Assembly: GCF_020745735.1 (NCBI RefSeq)
Contig: NC_083409.1
Span: 5,569,534 to 5,633,533 of the forward strand
Length of the DNA: 64,000 nt
Reading direction: 5' to 3'
Source: Hemiscyllium ocellatum
Taxonomy: Eukaryota
Position numbers and translations under genes: made by a program. Shown here piece after piece: positions 13,960 to 26,899 of this stretch; position 1 is the first letter of the stretch, and every line of letters starts with the position of its first letter. The notes under the pieces were generated by a model. That model did not search any database. It was not told where the DNA came from and was given only the letters and a program-made list of their open reading frames with translations.

Positions 13960-14156
13960 GGGGGGAGTGGCCTGGTGTCTCATTGGTTAGCACAACTGTC
14001 TCACATTACCAGGGACCAGGTTTGCTTGCACACTGAATCCAGTTTGTATTGAGTTTTCACATTCTCCCCCTGTCTGCAAATGTTTCCTCCAGGTGCTGCA
14101 GATTCCTCCCACATTACAAAGACTTTCTGTGGATTGACCATGCTAAATTGCCCATC
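13960..14156 (+). mobile_element. Degenerate HE1-type SINE
   Basis: ggttagcac head, ttttcacattctccccctgtctgc body, ccatgctaaattgccc. Confidence 0.75.
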
Positions 14157-14540
14157 CGACACACCTTTGAATAAATGCAATCACGGAGGTATCACAGACC
14201 TGTTGGGAATAGAATTCCAACTCAGAGGGTTATTGGAGAATTTCTCTTTATCCCTGTTCCTATCGAGAGTTTTAGAGTCATTTATTCTTTTTCTGGTCCC
14301 TCTCCACCGTTGGTCACGACAAATTATCAATGAAACAAAGTGTGCGATGTGGAAAATGATATCCGTCTCAGACTGGGTCAATTACAGTGTTAGGAACAAG
14401 TCAGGCAGGTTCTAAATCTGTAAAAATAAATAATCACAAACCAAAACAAAGTTACTCGAAAAACGATGGAAAGATAAATGAGATATAGTTTGGACATTGA
14501 CATTATGTGTATCATTACTTATTTTCCGATAAATTTGAGG

Positions 14541-14580
14541 CACACACACACACGCGCGCGCGCGCGCACACACACACACG
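14541..14580. repeat. (CA)n(CG)n(CA)n compound microsatellite
   Basis: cacacacacacacgcgcgcgcgcgcgcacacacacacacg. Confidence 0.95.
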
Positions 14581-14839
14581 TCTGAAAGCAAACAGAATAA
14601 AAGAACTCTGCAGAAAATAGTTTGGAAGAGCTTTGTCCAAATAATAGTTAATTTCATGTCAAATGGAAAATCGACATGGTCTCAATTGTTGTTCTGCCTC
14701 TCAGATGCTGCTGGCAATGGAGTTTCTTCTTGGAACTGTTGGACATGGTTGAATTCCCTTCTCTGCTGGCAGTGGGGAGATTCCAATGAATCCTCAAAAG
14801 GAACCTTCCATGAGTGGTAAAGATGACTGATGAATTTTC

Positions 14840-15480
14840 AGCTCTCTGTTAAAGAGGCATATGATGTGTTAGGTTTCATTTGTAGACTGATTGAATTCTG
14901 GAGCCGCAATAATATCTTGCCAAATATACAAAACATTGGTGCGACCACACTTGGAATATTATATACAGTTCTGGTCCCCATATTACAGGAAGGATGTGGA
15001 AGCATTGGAAAAGGTGCGGAGGAGATTTACCAGGATATTGCCTAGTCTGAAAGGAAGGTCTTATGAGGAATGGCTGAGAGACTTACGTCTGTTCTCATTG
15101 GAAAGAAGAAGATTAAGAGGAAATTTGATGCAGACATATAAGATGATCAGAGGATTACATAGGGTAGACAGTGAAATTCTTTTTTCTAGGATGATGACGT
15201 CAACTTGTACGAGGGGGCATAATTACAAATTGACGGGCGATAGATTTAAGACAGATGTCAGAGGCAGGTTCTTTGCTCAGAGTGGGTAGGGACATGGAAT
15301 GCCCTACCTGTTAATGTCGTCAGCTCAGCTACGTTAGGGAGATTTAAACAGTCCTTAGATAAGCACATGGATGATTTTGGGATAGTGTGAGGGGGACGAG
15401 CTGAGAATAGTTCACAGTTTGGTACAACATCGAGGGCCGAAGAGTCTGTTCTGCGCTGTATTGTTCTATGTTCTATGTTC
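14840..15480 (+). mobile_element. 5'-truncated CR1 with intact 3' tail
   Basis: YKTLVRPHLEYYIQFWSPYYRKDVEALEKVRRRFTRILP..RGHNYKL; tail ttctatgttctatgttc. Confidence 0.92.
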
Positions 15481-15749
15481 CATATTTGCTGTAGGTACGA
15501 ACAAGTAATGCGATGGAGCAATGGCCGTGGCTTTTCAGACAAGTTACATTTTATCCCTCTCTGAACTGAAACAGACAATAATGTTACCTGACCACCAATC
15601 AGGACAATGTAAAGTCTGTTTGAATACTCCATCTCTGTTATCTCCTCCATATAAGAGTGATTTGTAATTTATAAGTTAAAGATATTTTTAAAGGTGGTGG
15701 CATAATTATTGTACAGCAAAATTCATTTCTTCATAGCACCTGTGTAAAA

Positions 15750-15977
15750 ACAATGACTGCAGATGCTGGAAACCAGATTCTGGATCAGTGGTGCTGGAAG
15801 AGCACAGCGGTTCAGGCAGCATCCAACGAGCAGCGAAATTGACGTTTTGGGCAAAAGCCCTTCATCAGGAATAAAGGCAGTGAGCTGGAAGCATGGAGAG
15901 ATAAGCTTATATCTCCATGCTTCCAGCTCACTGTCTTTATTCCTGATGAAGGGCTTTTGCCCGAAACGTCGATTTCA
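15750..15977. mobile_element. PLE-derived element with ~70-bp inverted arms, hammerhead motif and flanking ~21-bp direct repeat
   Basis: Arms 15836-15905 and 15906-15976 centred on aagctt; plus-strand CUGAUGA(15943)-A-GGGC-UUUU-GCCC-GAAAC-GUC; flanks cttcatagcac(c/g)tgtgt(t)aaaa at 15729 and 15978. Confidence 0.85.
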
Positions 15978-16099
15978 CTTCATAGCACGTGTGTTAAAAT
16001 AAATGCATTGTTTTCTAAAACTGAATCCTCAGTTTTATTCTCTCATCCCTTAGCTACGCCCCAGTGCACTTTCCTCAGGGGCTTAAATTGTTCAATATG

Positions 16100-16490
16100 A
16101 ATATCTCTCATTCTCAGGCCTGAAGTGCTCTAACCGTGTAGGGGCCATAAGGGACATGGAAACCGAAAACAGCAAGGTTATTTTCCAAGATTGTAGGACT
16201 CCAAACCAGAGGTTATAGATTTAAGGTGAGAGGGGAAGAGAAAAACAATACTAGAGGGGTAATGTTTTCACACAGTGGGTAGTTTGATTATGGAATGCGC
16301 TGGCAGTGAATGCCGTCGAGGCTGGTAAAATTACAATATTTAAGGAGCAATAGATGGGTATATGAACAAGAAGGGTATAGATGGTTATGGGTCTAATGCT
16401 GGCAAATTGTCCTACATCAGATTGGAATATCTGGTCGGTGCGTACACGCTGTTCTGAAGGGTCTGCCTCCGTTCTGTATGACACTATGAT
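16100..16490 (+). mobile_element. CR1 3' fragment
   Basis: gaggttatagatttaaggtgagagggg..ctgtatgacactatgattc. Confidence 0.8.
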
Positions 16491-16749
16491 TCCATCAGGC
16501 CTTCATTCTCGCAAGGAGGAACGTGACACATCACGGAAAAACTTTGATAATATTTGCATATTTTTCTTTCAATTTAGGGGTTTATTACTACACACAACAC
16601 ATCAGATGTAGTCTCAGCATTGTCGTGTACAGATGCAGTAATACTTCCTGATCATTATGCCCGATAGACTTTGCATGAAACAGCATCATTCGATCCACTT
16701 TGCTAATCACTTGCTGAATCTTCTAACTAGGTTTATGTGACTCATGCAC

Positions 16750-17900
16750 TGGGACACAAAAATCCTTCTGTACAAATGGGTTATGTGATCTTGTCTCCCT
16801 TTAAATAATTTACTGTTACTTTATCTGTTTGCCACAGTACTAACTACCCATAACCCACCGTACACTGTTTTCTGCCAAAATTTTGCTCTCTCACCTCCCC
16901 GTCTCTATTCCATTACAGAGACCCCTTGTATAGTTAAATGACTAACGTGGTAAATAAACTAATTACGCTTCAATCCAATTAATTCCCTCATCCAAGCCAT
17001 TGGTGTAGATTGTAAATAATGTCACAATGATCGCTGAGGCACTCCACCAAGTTACAACTTTACAACCTGAAGTTAAACATTTATCTCTAATTTTATTCCC
17101 TGATAATTAACCAGGTCTCCCCTGTCGCTGACCAACAGGCTAGAAAGGTTGGATGGCCTCATCCTACACTGTGTAATGTCCTGAGTGAGCTGAATTACTT
17201 CATTCTATTCCTGCATAAATCCTCAGAGGGCAGCATGGTCTCCTCCTGTCTCATTTTAATGATGCTGACTGGCTGAATGGGATCATCCTTGACCTTTGTA
17301 ACATCACTGAGTGCTTGAATGAACACATGCGGCAGGAGCAGCAGCTGGCCATTCAGCCCCTCATGCCTGCTACACCATTCAGACTGTGCATTGTTGATGT
17401 GATTGTAACTAAATATCCACTTCCCGTCAGTTCGTAATAAACATCGACTCTTCGTTCATCAACGATCTGTGGAAATCAACCTTGAGTTGAACCCTGTCTT
17501 AACTGCTACTTGGGCATGAGAACACCACAGATCTCACAACATAAAGAGAATGGAACATTCCTGTCCCCGTCTGAAATGGGAAGGTCTTTATTCTCAAAAT
17601 CTGTTACCCTCAAACCAATTGCCACTGTTTTGAGGTACAAGGCGATGACAATTAGGAACAAATATAGGCCATTTAGTACAGCAAACCTGCACACATTCCT
17701 AGTAACTCCCTACAATCTAATACTCATCAACTTGAGTCTCCACTGAACTTACAGGGAGACAATCTCAGACACCACAAGATCATATCAGTATGAGACACTG
17801 GAGCAGAATTAGGACATTCAACCCATCTAGTCTGCCATGGCATTTGATCACGGCTGAAATGTTTCTCAACCACATTCTCCTGTCTTCTCCAACTGACAAT
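16750..17900 (-). mobile_element. Several decayed CR1 fragments and 3' ends
   Basis: ggagcagcagctggccattcagcccctc (17335) and ggagcagaattaggacattcaaccc (17800) are reverse CR1 tails. Confidence 0.65.
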
Positions 17901-18144
17901 TGATCACTTACTAATAAAAAAAAGCTTATATATTTCTCTTTGAAAGACAGTGTGTGTGCCTGTATGTGGATGTATGTTCGTGTGTTTGCATGCGTATCTC
18001 TGTCTGTGTTATGTATATTAGTGTCAGTATCTAAGTTTTGTGCACCTCTGCCTGCACCTCTGTGCAATGTTGTTTCTGAAGTAAGTACATTGAAATTGGA
18101 ATCAAAGTCTCCTTCCGCCTCTCTCTCTGACTGTCCCTGTTGGT

Positions 18145-18475
18145 CATAGAGTTCAGAGAATTCCTACAATGTGGAAACAGGCCCTTCGGCACAACAGGTC
18201 CACACTGACTCTTCGAAGAGTAACCCACCAGACCCGTCCCCCTACCATCCTACGTTTACACCTGACTAATGCCGTTAACCTACATATCCCTGCGTAGTAT
18301 TGGCAATTTAGCATGGCAAATTCACCTAACCTGCACGTTTTTGGATTGTGGGTGGAAACTGTTGCACCCCGCAGAAACCCATGAGAATGTGCAAACTCCA
18401 CACAGACAGTCGCCTGAGGGTGGACTCAAGACTGAGTACATGGCGTTGTGAGGTAGTAGTGCTAACCATTGAGTT
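18145..18475 (-). mobile_element. HE1-type SINE
   Basis: cctacaatgtggaaacaggcccttcggc tail, gaatgtgcaaactccacacagacagtcgcc body, gtgctaacca head (all reverse). Confidence 0.9.
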
Positions 18476-19199
18476 TTGTGATTAGATTCATACAATACTA
18501 CCCTCTGCTAGTCTCCCCACACCACTGCATCAGTGGCAGAGTTTTTTTAAACTCTCTGATAAGATAACAAATCCATTACTCTGAATCTCTGAAATTGCAT
18601 GCCTGTTTTTTTGTTTTTTCAGATAATATCTTTGGAAACACCAGTATTTAAACTTCCTGCGTATGTGTGTGTGTGTTAACGGTGTTGTCAGTTTCGTCCA
18701 ATACTGAGGTACTACAACCACTGCTAAGCCTTTCTCAGGACTTTCCAATATTTTCTCACGTAATGTTTAAGCACTGCAAGTCACAGAATGAGAAATAAAT
18801 TCACCTAATCTCCTGACAAAATGATTCACTTGGAGGTGAGTATTTCCATTCTGACCGGCCCACGTCTTTTTGGAACCCTCCATGTCCCAACATTTTTTTT
18901 TTGTGTGTGTTAACAGTGCTGTCAGTCTGGATGGTGCTATGAGGAGCTGCCCTATCTTCCTCCTAGATTGAACACTCGAGGATTATCACCCTCTGCCATT
19001 GTCACTGCAGTACAGTCCAGAGGACAGCTGAGGGAGAGGTTGTGTCATTTGAAGCACCACAGAGCCTATGAGACCTGCACCCACATATAGATACTCACGG
19101 ATTTCAGAGTGTGTTGCTGGAAAAGCACAGAAGGTCAAGCAGCTTCCATGGAGCAGGAAAATCTATGCTTCAGGGCGGAGCCCGTCAACAGGAAGTGTA

Positions 19200-19800
19200 A
19201 ATATTGGAAACGTGGTCTGAGCAGATGCTTATACAACCTCAGAATACGCACTTTATATTCTAGTCCTCTTGAGATGAACGATAACATTGTACTAGCCTTC
19301 ATAACTAATGACCCAATCTACATGTTGGTCTTCAACGAATCCTGGACTTCTCCCAAGACCTTTTGCACTTCAGAAATCTGAATTTTCTTCCCATTTAGCA
19401 ACTAGTCCATGCCTGTATTCTTCAGAACAAAGTGCATGACCTCACATCTCCCTCATTGTATTCCATCTGCTACTCATTTTCCCACTATCTTTTACTGTTG
19501 AAATCTTTCTGCAGGCTCCCTGCATCCTCAATACTAACTGTCCCTCCAACTATCTTTGCATCATCTGCAAATGTAGGCAGAATGCCTTCAGTTCTGCCAT
19601 CCCGATCATTTACCTATAAAGTGAAATGTTGTGGTCCCAACACTGAACCTTCTGGAACACTACTCGTCACCGGCTGCCATTCTGAGAAGGACAATATTAT
19701 CCTCACTTACACTGCAGCCTCCTGTGCTGTACCTTATCAGAATCCTTCTGTAAGTCCAAATAGATAATTCCCATTGGCTCGCCTTGATCTAACCTGCTTA
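19200..19800 (-). mobile_element. CR1 RT fragment
   Basis: gcatcatctgcaaat (reverse of FADD) and tgtggtcccaacactgaacc (reverse of GSVLGP). Confidence 0.8.
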
Positions 19801-19929
19801 TTACCTCTTCAAAGAATTTTCACTCGCTTGAGGGCAATGTATTTATTGAAATGGGGAAAAATCAGAAGGTCAGGGTTATTCCTACAGACAGAGTGGAGAT
19901 ATTCGTCAAATCAGTTTCTGTTCGGCTCG

Positions 19930-20500
19930 CTAATGTAATTGAGACTGCATTGTGAGCAGCAAAGGCAGGAGATTGGATTGAAAGAGTTCAAGTGAAATGC
20001 TGCTTCACCTGGAAGGTGTGATTAGGTCCTTGGATAATGTGGATTGAAGACGTGAATGGGCAAGTGTTGCAGCTTCGGCAATTGCATTGGAAGTTGCCAT
20101 GGAGAAGTTGGAAAGCCTTCAGGGTGTTAGAGAGTGTCACAGAGTGGACAGTCCCTGTGAAATGCTGACAGTGGATGGGAGGGGAAAATGTGTTTGATAG
20201 TGCTGTCCTGCTGGAGGTGATGGAAGTGGTGGAGGATGATTCTGGGAATGTGGATTCTAGCGCAGTAGGAAGTGAGGACAATAGGCGATCCATCATTGTT
20301 CTGGGAAAGAGGGGAAGGAACGAGGGCAGAAGTGAGGGAGATAGGACAGTCGCAGCTGAAGGGTCTGTCCATCAGAATGAGGGGACTTCGCGTTTTAGAG
20401 AGAAGGTGGTCATGTAGGAAGCTTCCCAAAGGAATGTGGCATCATCGAACAGAAATGTCACAGCCTGAGAAACTGGGAGAATGGAGTCATTCTCAGCTGA
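19930..20500 (-). mobile_element. Penelope-like element fragment (RT/GIY-YIG linker)
   Basis: Minus ORFs ILHHFHHLQQDSTIKHIFPSHPLSAFHRD and NCRSCNTCPFTSSIHIIQGPNHTFQVKQHFT match the PLE at 31140-31640. Confidence 0.85.
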
Positions 20501-20599
20501 TCATGTGCTCAGCCATATACGGAGGTTCACCCTGAATGATTGAAAAGAGCCAGGTATTTTAATTGTCTTATATCTGGTCTGAAACGGAATATGAAAATA

Positions 20600-21340
20600 T
20601 ACCCATGTGACGGTCAGTGAATGTGTGGGAGAGATATTTAAGCAGATACTTCATAACGCACAGCAATGACTGACTCTGGTCAAAAAGAAGATGATATGAA
20701 GATGTCAAGTTGAACCCCCCATGATGCACAAAGTCTATGAAGGTAAATAATCAATCACAAACTAAAGAATTGAGATTGGGGAGATGAGCATCGACCAGAT
20801 TTGGGATGTTTATTTTTGGGACCTTAAGCAGATTGTATAAAGCAAACTACAAAGACAAATATATCAAAACTGGCAAGAAATATTCAAAAAAGGAAGGGTT
20901 TTTCTTCCTATAGGTTAAAACACATTTATAATGTGTGTGTGAGACCCATGGAAGAAAGGCAGGAAAGTATATGTGAGACACCTGGAGGATGTGACTGGGG
21001 AACTGGCTCCAGGGAACAGGCAGAGAATTAAAAAAAATATTTTACTTTGTTCCTCACAGGGAAAACTCAAAGTAATTCAATAAAATAAACAAAACTTTAG
21101 TCAGATGAAAGTTCTTGAACTGTACCTAACAAAACGAACAAGGATTTTCTCAAACAGATAAGACCAAGGGTAAACATGTCATCAACAATTCATAGCTGGT
21201 TTTAATAGAAGTGGTCACAGAGTGACTGGTGGCACTGTGTGTATTTCTCCATAACTCTCTGGATTACAGGAGTATTCCAGCGATACTGGAGACCTCCAAA
21301 CTGATCCCTGTCTTCAAGAAGAGAGTGAGTCTTCAAGTGT
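20600..21340 (+). mobile_element. Old CR1 fragments
   Basis: Degenerate; ggattacagg..gatactggagacc..gatccctgtcttcaagaag resembles the RT N-terminal region. Confidence 0.55.
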
Positions 21341-23094
21341 TTAGGTGCTCCCTTTGTCTGAATAGGAGTGCATATTTGAGAGGCTTAGTGGCCTAATGAT
21401 GCACTTACATCCTGAGTGATTAAAAACAAGCTCTGCTCCTTCCCTTGATGTGTTACACACAGGAGGACGAACATTTTCCTGAATTTGGGAATTACCTTGA
21501 AAATTATCTGAAACATTGGACAAACGAATTCATTCAGAGACTTCTATAAACAGTATCCTCCAGAACATTTTATAATCATGTGGGTGTATTGCATAGGTGA
21601 GAGAGAGAGAGAAGATGATGCATGCAGTAGTGAGAGTGATGGAACCGTATTCGGGGTAAGGTGTGTGGGATCAGAGAGAATATGATGACAGTTATCCTGA
21701 CAGAGCAGGAAGGTTATTGATGCCTGTCCTGTTTTGCTGGACATTTTGTCAGACCATAGGTACTGAGCTGGGTGGTGAACTCAGCCCATGCTCGGTGGGT
21801 CATGTGGTGTGGCCCTCTCTGGGAAGAGGATGTTCGCTCTCTGTACTAACCCATCCATTCAGACGTCTGTGGTCTTGTCGACAAACCGTGGTGTAATTGC
21901 CCCTTATCTGCCATGCTGGGGATAAACTGTGCAGGGCAGCTCCGAAGTGAGAAAGCTCAACCGTGTGCCCATTGGCTTTTTAAAGATGGATGAGAGAATC
22001 GGGCTGATATTGAACTAGAGGGACTTCATGGGGTGGGTGAGTAGTTAATGAGTGGAGTTCAATAAGGTAGTACGAGGAAACTAGCTCAGCCTCTTACAGG
22101 CAATCACTCAGTTACACTCAATGAAAATGGCACCGATGCAAATTATTGTTAGATTCAGCCCAATGAGTTGAAGACTCTGCTGACCTTGCCCCGAGTTACA
22201 ATGCTGCAGGCCAAGCACTCATCCAAAACTCTCCATCATCTTAACTAACACTAATATCCTATTCTCATCATTCATGGAAACAATGGCCCATATTGGATGA
22301 TGTTTTCGAAATGTTTTCATTTCTTAGTTGTTAAACCTGCGATCAGATCCTTCCCTGAAATTCTCTCTCAACTTCCCCCTCTCTTTTAAACAAGCTCCTC
22401 CCATTTAGTCATATTTCAATTGATTCATGGCCTTTCTCTGTCTGTGGTTTCACACTCAAAGCACTCATTGTCATGGCACAATGGAGATATGAAGCTGCAA
22501 ATGGACGAGACCTGCACATCCTGCCATTTCCTGTACAAGCTGCATGTTTTCCCTCGCAGGGCAATGATCTAATACAGTATTACTCAGCAATGCAGTGGAT
22601 GGTGTACACAGCTGTACATGCTGGGAACATTAACAGGTAATTTCATTGATATTCACTGCACAGCTCCCCATGCTGGATAGATCACCAGAACTTGTTAATA
22701 GAACAATGCACTTGTGTGTTATGCACAGTGCCCTGTTCTGAACAGATGATTTAGTCCAGGTTTATAAATCAATGCACTGTTGCACGGATAACAAGTGGAC
22801 TGATGAGCTGTGAACACTGTTAGATCCTGCACAGATTGCTAAGCAATACACTAGCCTGGTCTATGCAATGTTTCATGATGAACAGATATCTCATCTGTGC
22901 TTACACGTGTCTGGGCTAGATCTGTGGGGTAGATTGAGTATCTGATATAACTCCTGGCATAACTACTACCCCTGCAGCTCGGCTCATTCCGCTATCAAAC
23001 CCCATATTTCTGCAACATGTTGTCCATTAAATCATTACTCAAGCAAAACGTAAATATCTGTTCCTCTGTTACAGACCAGAGCAGACTCTCCTCA

Positions 23095-23988
23095 AAATAC
23101 ATTGGAGGTGTAGTGGACAGCAACGAGGGTTAACTCAGATTACAGCAGTATCTTGACCCGATGAGCCAATGGGCTGAGAAGTGGCAAAAGCAGTTTAATT
23201 CAGATATATGCGAGATACTGTATTTTGGGAAAGCAAATCTTAGCAGGACTTAATGGTAACGTCCCGAGGAGTGTTGCTGAACAAACAGACCTTGGAGTAC
23301 AGGTTCATAGCTCCGTGAAAGTGGAGTTGCAGGTAGATAAGATAATGAAGAAGGCGTTTGGTATGCTTTCCTTTATTGTTCAGAGTATTCAGTACAGGAG
23401 TTGGGAGGTCATGTTGCGGCTGAACAAGACTTTTGTTCGGCCACTGTTGGAATATTGCGTGCATTTCTAGTCTCCTGCCTATCGGAAAGATGTTGTGAAA
23501 CTTGAAAAGGTTCAGAAAAGATTTACAAGGATGTTGCCAGGGTTGGAGGATTTAAGCTACAGGGAGAGGCTGAACAGGCTGGGACTGTTTTCCATGTAGC
23601 ATCGGAGGCTGAGGAGTGTCCTAATAGTTCATTACAAAATTATAAAGTGCATGGATTGGGTGAATACGCAAAGTCTTTTCCCTGGGTTCGGAGAGTACAG
23701 AACTAGACTGCATTGATTTAGAGTGAGAGGGGAATGATATCAAAGAGACCTACAGCGAAACTTTTTCATGCAGAGGGTGGTAAGTGTATGGAATGAGCTG
23801 CGAGAGGATGTGGTGGAGGCTGGTACAATTGCAATATTTAAGAGGCAGTTAGATGGGTATATGAACACGAAAGGTTTGGAGGGGTATGGGCCGGGTGCTG
23901 GCAGGTGGGACTAGATTGGTTTGGGATATCCGGCATGCACGAGCGGGCCCGCAGGGTCTGTTTCCATGCTGTACATCTCTATGACTCG
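23095..23988 (+). mobile_element. 5'-truncated CR1 with 3' tail, same subfamily as 4550-5462
   Basis: KAFGMLSFIVQSIQYRSWEVMLRLNKTFVRPLLEYCVHF; ends ctgtacatctctatgactc. Confidence 0.92.
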
Positions 23989-25000
23989 GACTGAACGTTT
24001 TCTTATTTTAAAGGTAAATGTGAGGAGCTGTGTTTCAGGTACATTTCGTTTGGTCAATATATTCAACATTAAGTAAAACACAGTTATTCAAACATTGCCA
24101 TGACAACAAAAGGAAGTGCAACTTGGAATAACCTAATGCCGTTGAAAAGCTTAACAGAATAATAGGTTATTTAACTGCTCCAATATGTTAACATCCAGTA
24201 AGTACACACGTGTCAAAAACAAATTCAGGAAACATGCAGTTCTCCGATCCAGGAAGAAAAAACATCAAAAGACCATTCTGAGAGAAATTTCAGAGAGAGA
24301 GTGCTGCAGCTGGAAAAGATTTCCTGCCTTCCAACGTTGCTTACATCCCAGCAGTAACTATTGTGAGGTAAATCTAAGAATCTTTGTTCTGGGAGAGTTT
24401 GACCATCACTCCACAGGACTAGGCTGCGGCTGCAAAGACCACAAGGAATTGCCTGTATCTACACCATCTACGCCACTGTAGGAGCCTCTCAAAATGCCTA
24501 AGCACACTAAACCATTAAATGATAGTAAGATCAATGTTGACGTTAAACATAAATAAATTAAATGAAAGTATGCAACAGGCCTGGTGATCTGACACAGAAG
24601 GCTTTGTGATTCCAGCAATTCATACCCTGCCAAAACAGATTAGAATCATCGAGCTAGTGAAGAGAAGGCATCAGCTCCCTTCCTCACCTGTCACATTACA
24701 ATTGGCGATGTGCCATTAGCCCAGTAGTCAGCAATGTTAGCATCACACCCAGACCAAGTATTATTGTGACATATAAGTTAATGCCGTGAAATGAGTTAAC
24801 TGGAGATCTTTGTTCAGTGACTGTGATTAATATCAGTCTTCCTGGACCTAAGTGGGTCACTGAAGGGTTTCCCTCTTCCATATTTATGGCTTCTATCAAC
24901 TTGTTATGCCATAGTGTTTGGGGCAGCGTCATCCTCAACACGATTGGGATCAGCAGCTACAGAGAAATGGAAAGATCAGAATCCGAAAACATTAGAATTG

Positions 25001-25178
25001 TCCAACAATGGATCATAATCTGAGAACATTAGACTGGGATGTTCTAATGATAGATCAGAACCTGAGAACATTAGACTGGAAGGTTCCAACAATGGATCAG
25101 AATCTGAGATCATTAGACTGGAATGTTCCAACAATGGATCAGACTCTGAGAACATTAGACTGGAATGTTATAACAATG
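25001..25178 (+). repeat. 42-bp tandem repeat (4 full units plus partials) encoding a 14-aa unit PTMDQNLRTLDWNV
   Basis: Units start at 25001, 25043, 25085 and 25127; consensus tccaacaatggatcagaatctgagaacattagactggaatgt. Confidence 0.92.
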
Positions 25179-25306
25179 CACAGGAGTTTATTTTGGCGTC
25201 TTTACTATCTTTCCCAGGACTTGGCATGTTTAGGTTGTGGATACAAGCCATACTAATGATTATTCAAGCTGGGTACTATTCATCCTCACTATTATTTGTG
25301 TTCCTG
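25008..25306 (+). pseudogene. First exon of a shark GPR139-like GPCR, frameshifted
   Basis: MD..MHRSLFWRLYYLSQDL / FRLWIQAILMIIQAGYY / ILTIICVP ending in a phase-1 donor G|GTAAG (25307); resembles the YYPxLxxxGVP motif that starts TM1 in this family (recognition from memory); two frame changes. Confidence 0.6.
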
Positions 25307-26296
25307 GTAAGCCTATCTCTGTCAATTCTATAAACGATGGTGAAGGTTATTGCCATTCCAGACAATTATATTTAATAAGTATGTAAATCTTCATTCACAA
25401 ACTCCGCTCCCTTTTCATGCATTTCCAAACTCCTTTCTCACAAACATCCAAGAAGAGCAAGACTGTTTGGAACCTTGAGTCTCCTTTTTAACCTGAACCT
25501 TTTTATGTCACCGTATTCTCTCTGTCATCAAACCTTCCGACACCCACCTCCATAATATCCCCAGTCTCCAGCTATGCCTCACTGCTGTTGATGAATTAGC
25601 CATAATCTACTGATTTAATGAAAGATTTTACGTCTCCAGTTCTTTTCTGACCACTCTTCCCAGTTACAAATGTTCTGATCACAAACTTGTTCTTGTCTCT
25701 ACAGTTACTTTACGAGAGGGACTGAGCATCAGAGTAATAATGTCACTGAACGTGTAATTCAGAGCATAGATTATGACTCGAAATGCATAGTTTGAAATCC
25801 TACCCAACCTGATGACGAAACGTGCATTTGAATGACAAACATTTGAATGAATCATAATTTCACTCATGGCAAGCATGAACCATCAGGATTTATTTTCTTA
25901 TTTTACTGATAACTTTGGCAAATAAACTTAGCATTTTTTCCCAGCCTGGACTAAGTGTGACTTCAGACCCACAACAATATACTTGACTTCATATTGCCTT
26001 GACAAATAGCCGTGTGGTCAAGGGAAGTTAATGATAGGCAACAAATACTGCCCTTGCCAGTGTTGCTGGCATCCCGGGAAACAAAAACATAAAAGCTAAA
26101 ATAACCAAGGAAATGTGGATGCTGGAGATCTGAAGTAAAGAATGTTGGAGAATCTCAGCAGGTATTGCAGTCTGTCGGGAGAAACACAGATAACGTTTCG
26201 AGTTCAGCGACCCTATCAAAACTGAATGCAGCTGAGACATAATATCATTTATGTCAGGGATGTTTGGAAGGGCGAGTGGGAGGTTTGTTTTGAATG

Positions 26297-26427
26297 NNNN
26301 NNNNNNNNNNNNNNNNNNNNNNNNNNNNNNNNNNNNNNNNNNNNNNNNNNNNNNNNNNNNNNNNNNNNNNNNNNNNNNNNNNNNNNNNNNNNNNNNNNNN
26401 NNNNNNNNNNNNNNNNNNNNNNNNNNN
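26297..26427. other. Assembly gap (131 N)
   Basis: Run of N. Confidence 1.
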
Positions 26428-26899
26428 ATGATGGACTAGAGAGAAAATAGAATAGGAAGTTATTCTAACATTTCCCTTTTCCCATTTTCCTGAATATCAC
26501 ATCCATTTCAGGATGTCCCTGCTTAAAGAGAGATATGTTTCCTCTGACTTTCTTCTCTGAGTGTGGTGATCAACTTCATCGGCAAAACTGGTGCTCCTCT
26601 TATCGTTGCTGAGATACAGAGAAATGCAATGTTACATTGTCAACTGCTTCTTTGGAGAGAGGAACTGTTACTGTGGGACTGTGCAGACATGCACTGGCTT
26701 GCACAACTAGAAAGAAAGACTAAGGAGACGGAGGCATTTTCAACACTGAATCGGTACACCATGCGTGTGGGGGAATTGACTTGCTGCTGTCATCAGAAAA
26801 TTCCTGGAGTTTCTGTAGATGTTGTTCTCTTGACTGTGTTGCCAGCTGCTGTGTTCATTCAGGGAGACCAGAGGGCCAGTCGACACCACTCTGGATACT

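Larger units (their letters stand above)
14340..15600 (+). repeat. Segmental-duplication copy A, paralogous to ~27170-27575 and ~36100-36510
   Basis: Shared cagtgttaggaac..aatctgt, a (CA)n tract, and gctgctgg.aatgg..ggagattccaatgaat..agtggtaaagat; homology resumes after the CR1 at 14840-15480. Confidence 0.7.

Noticed and set aside
22560-22636. Possible 77-bp exon (ccctcgcag|...|gtaatt) reading GNDLIQYYSAMQWMVYTAVHAGNIN
   Set aside because: No recognisable homology and no partner exons; cannot be told from chance without RNA-seq
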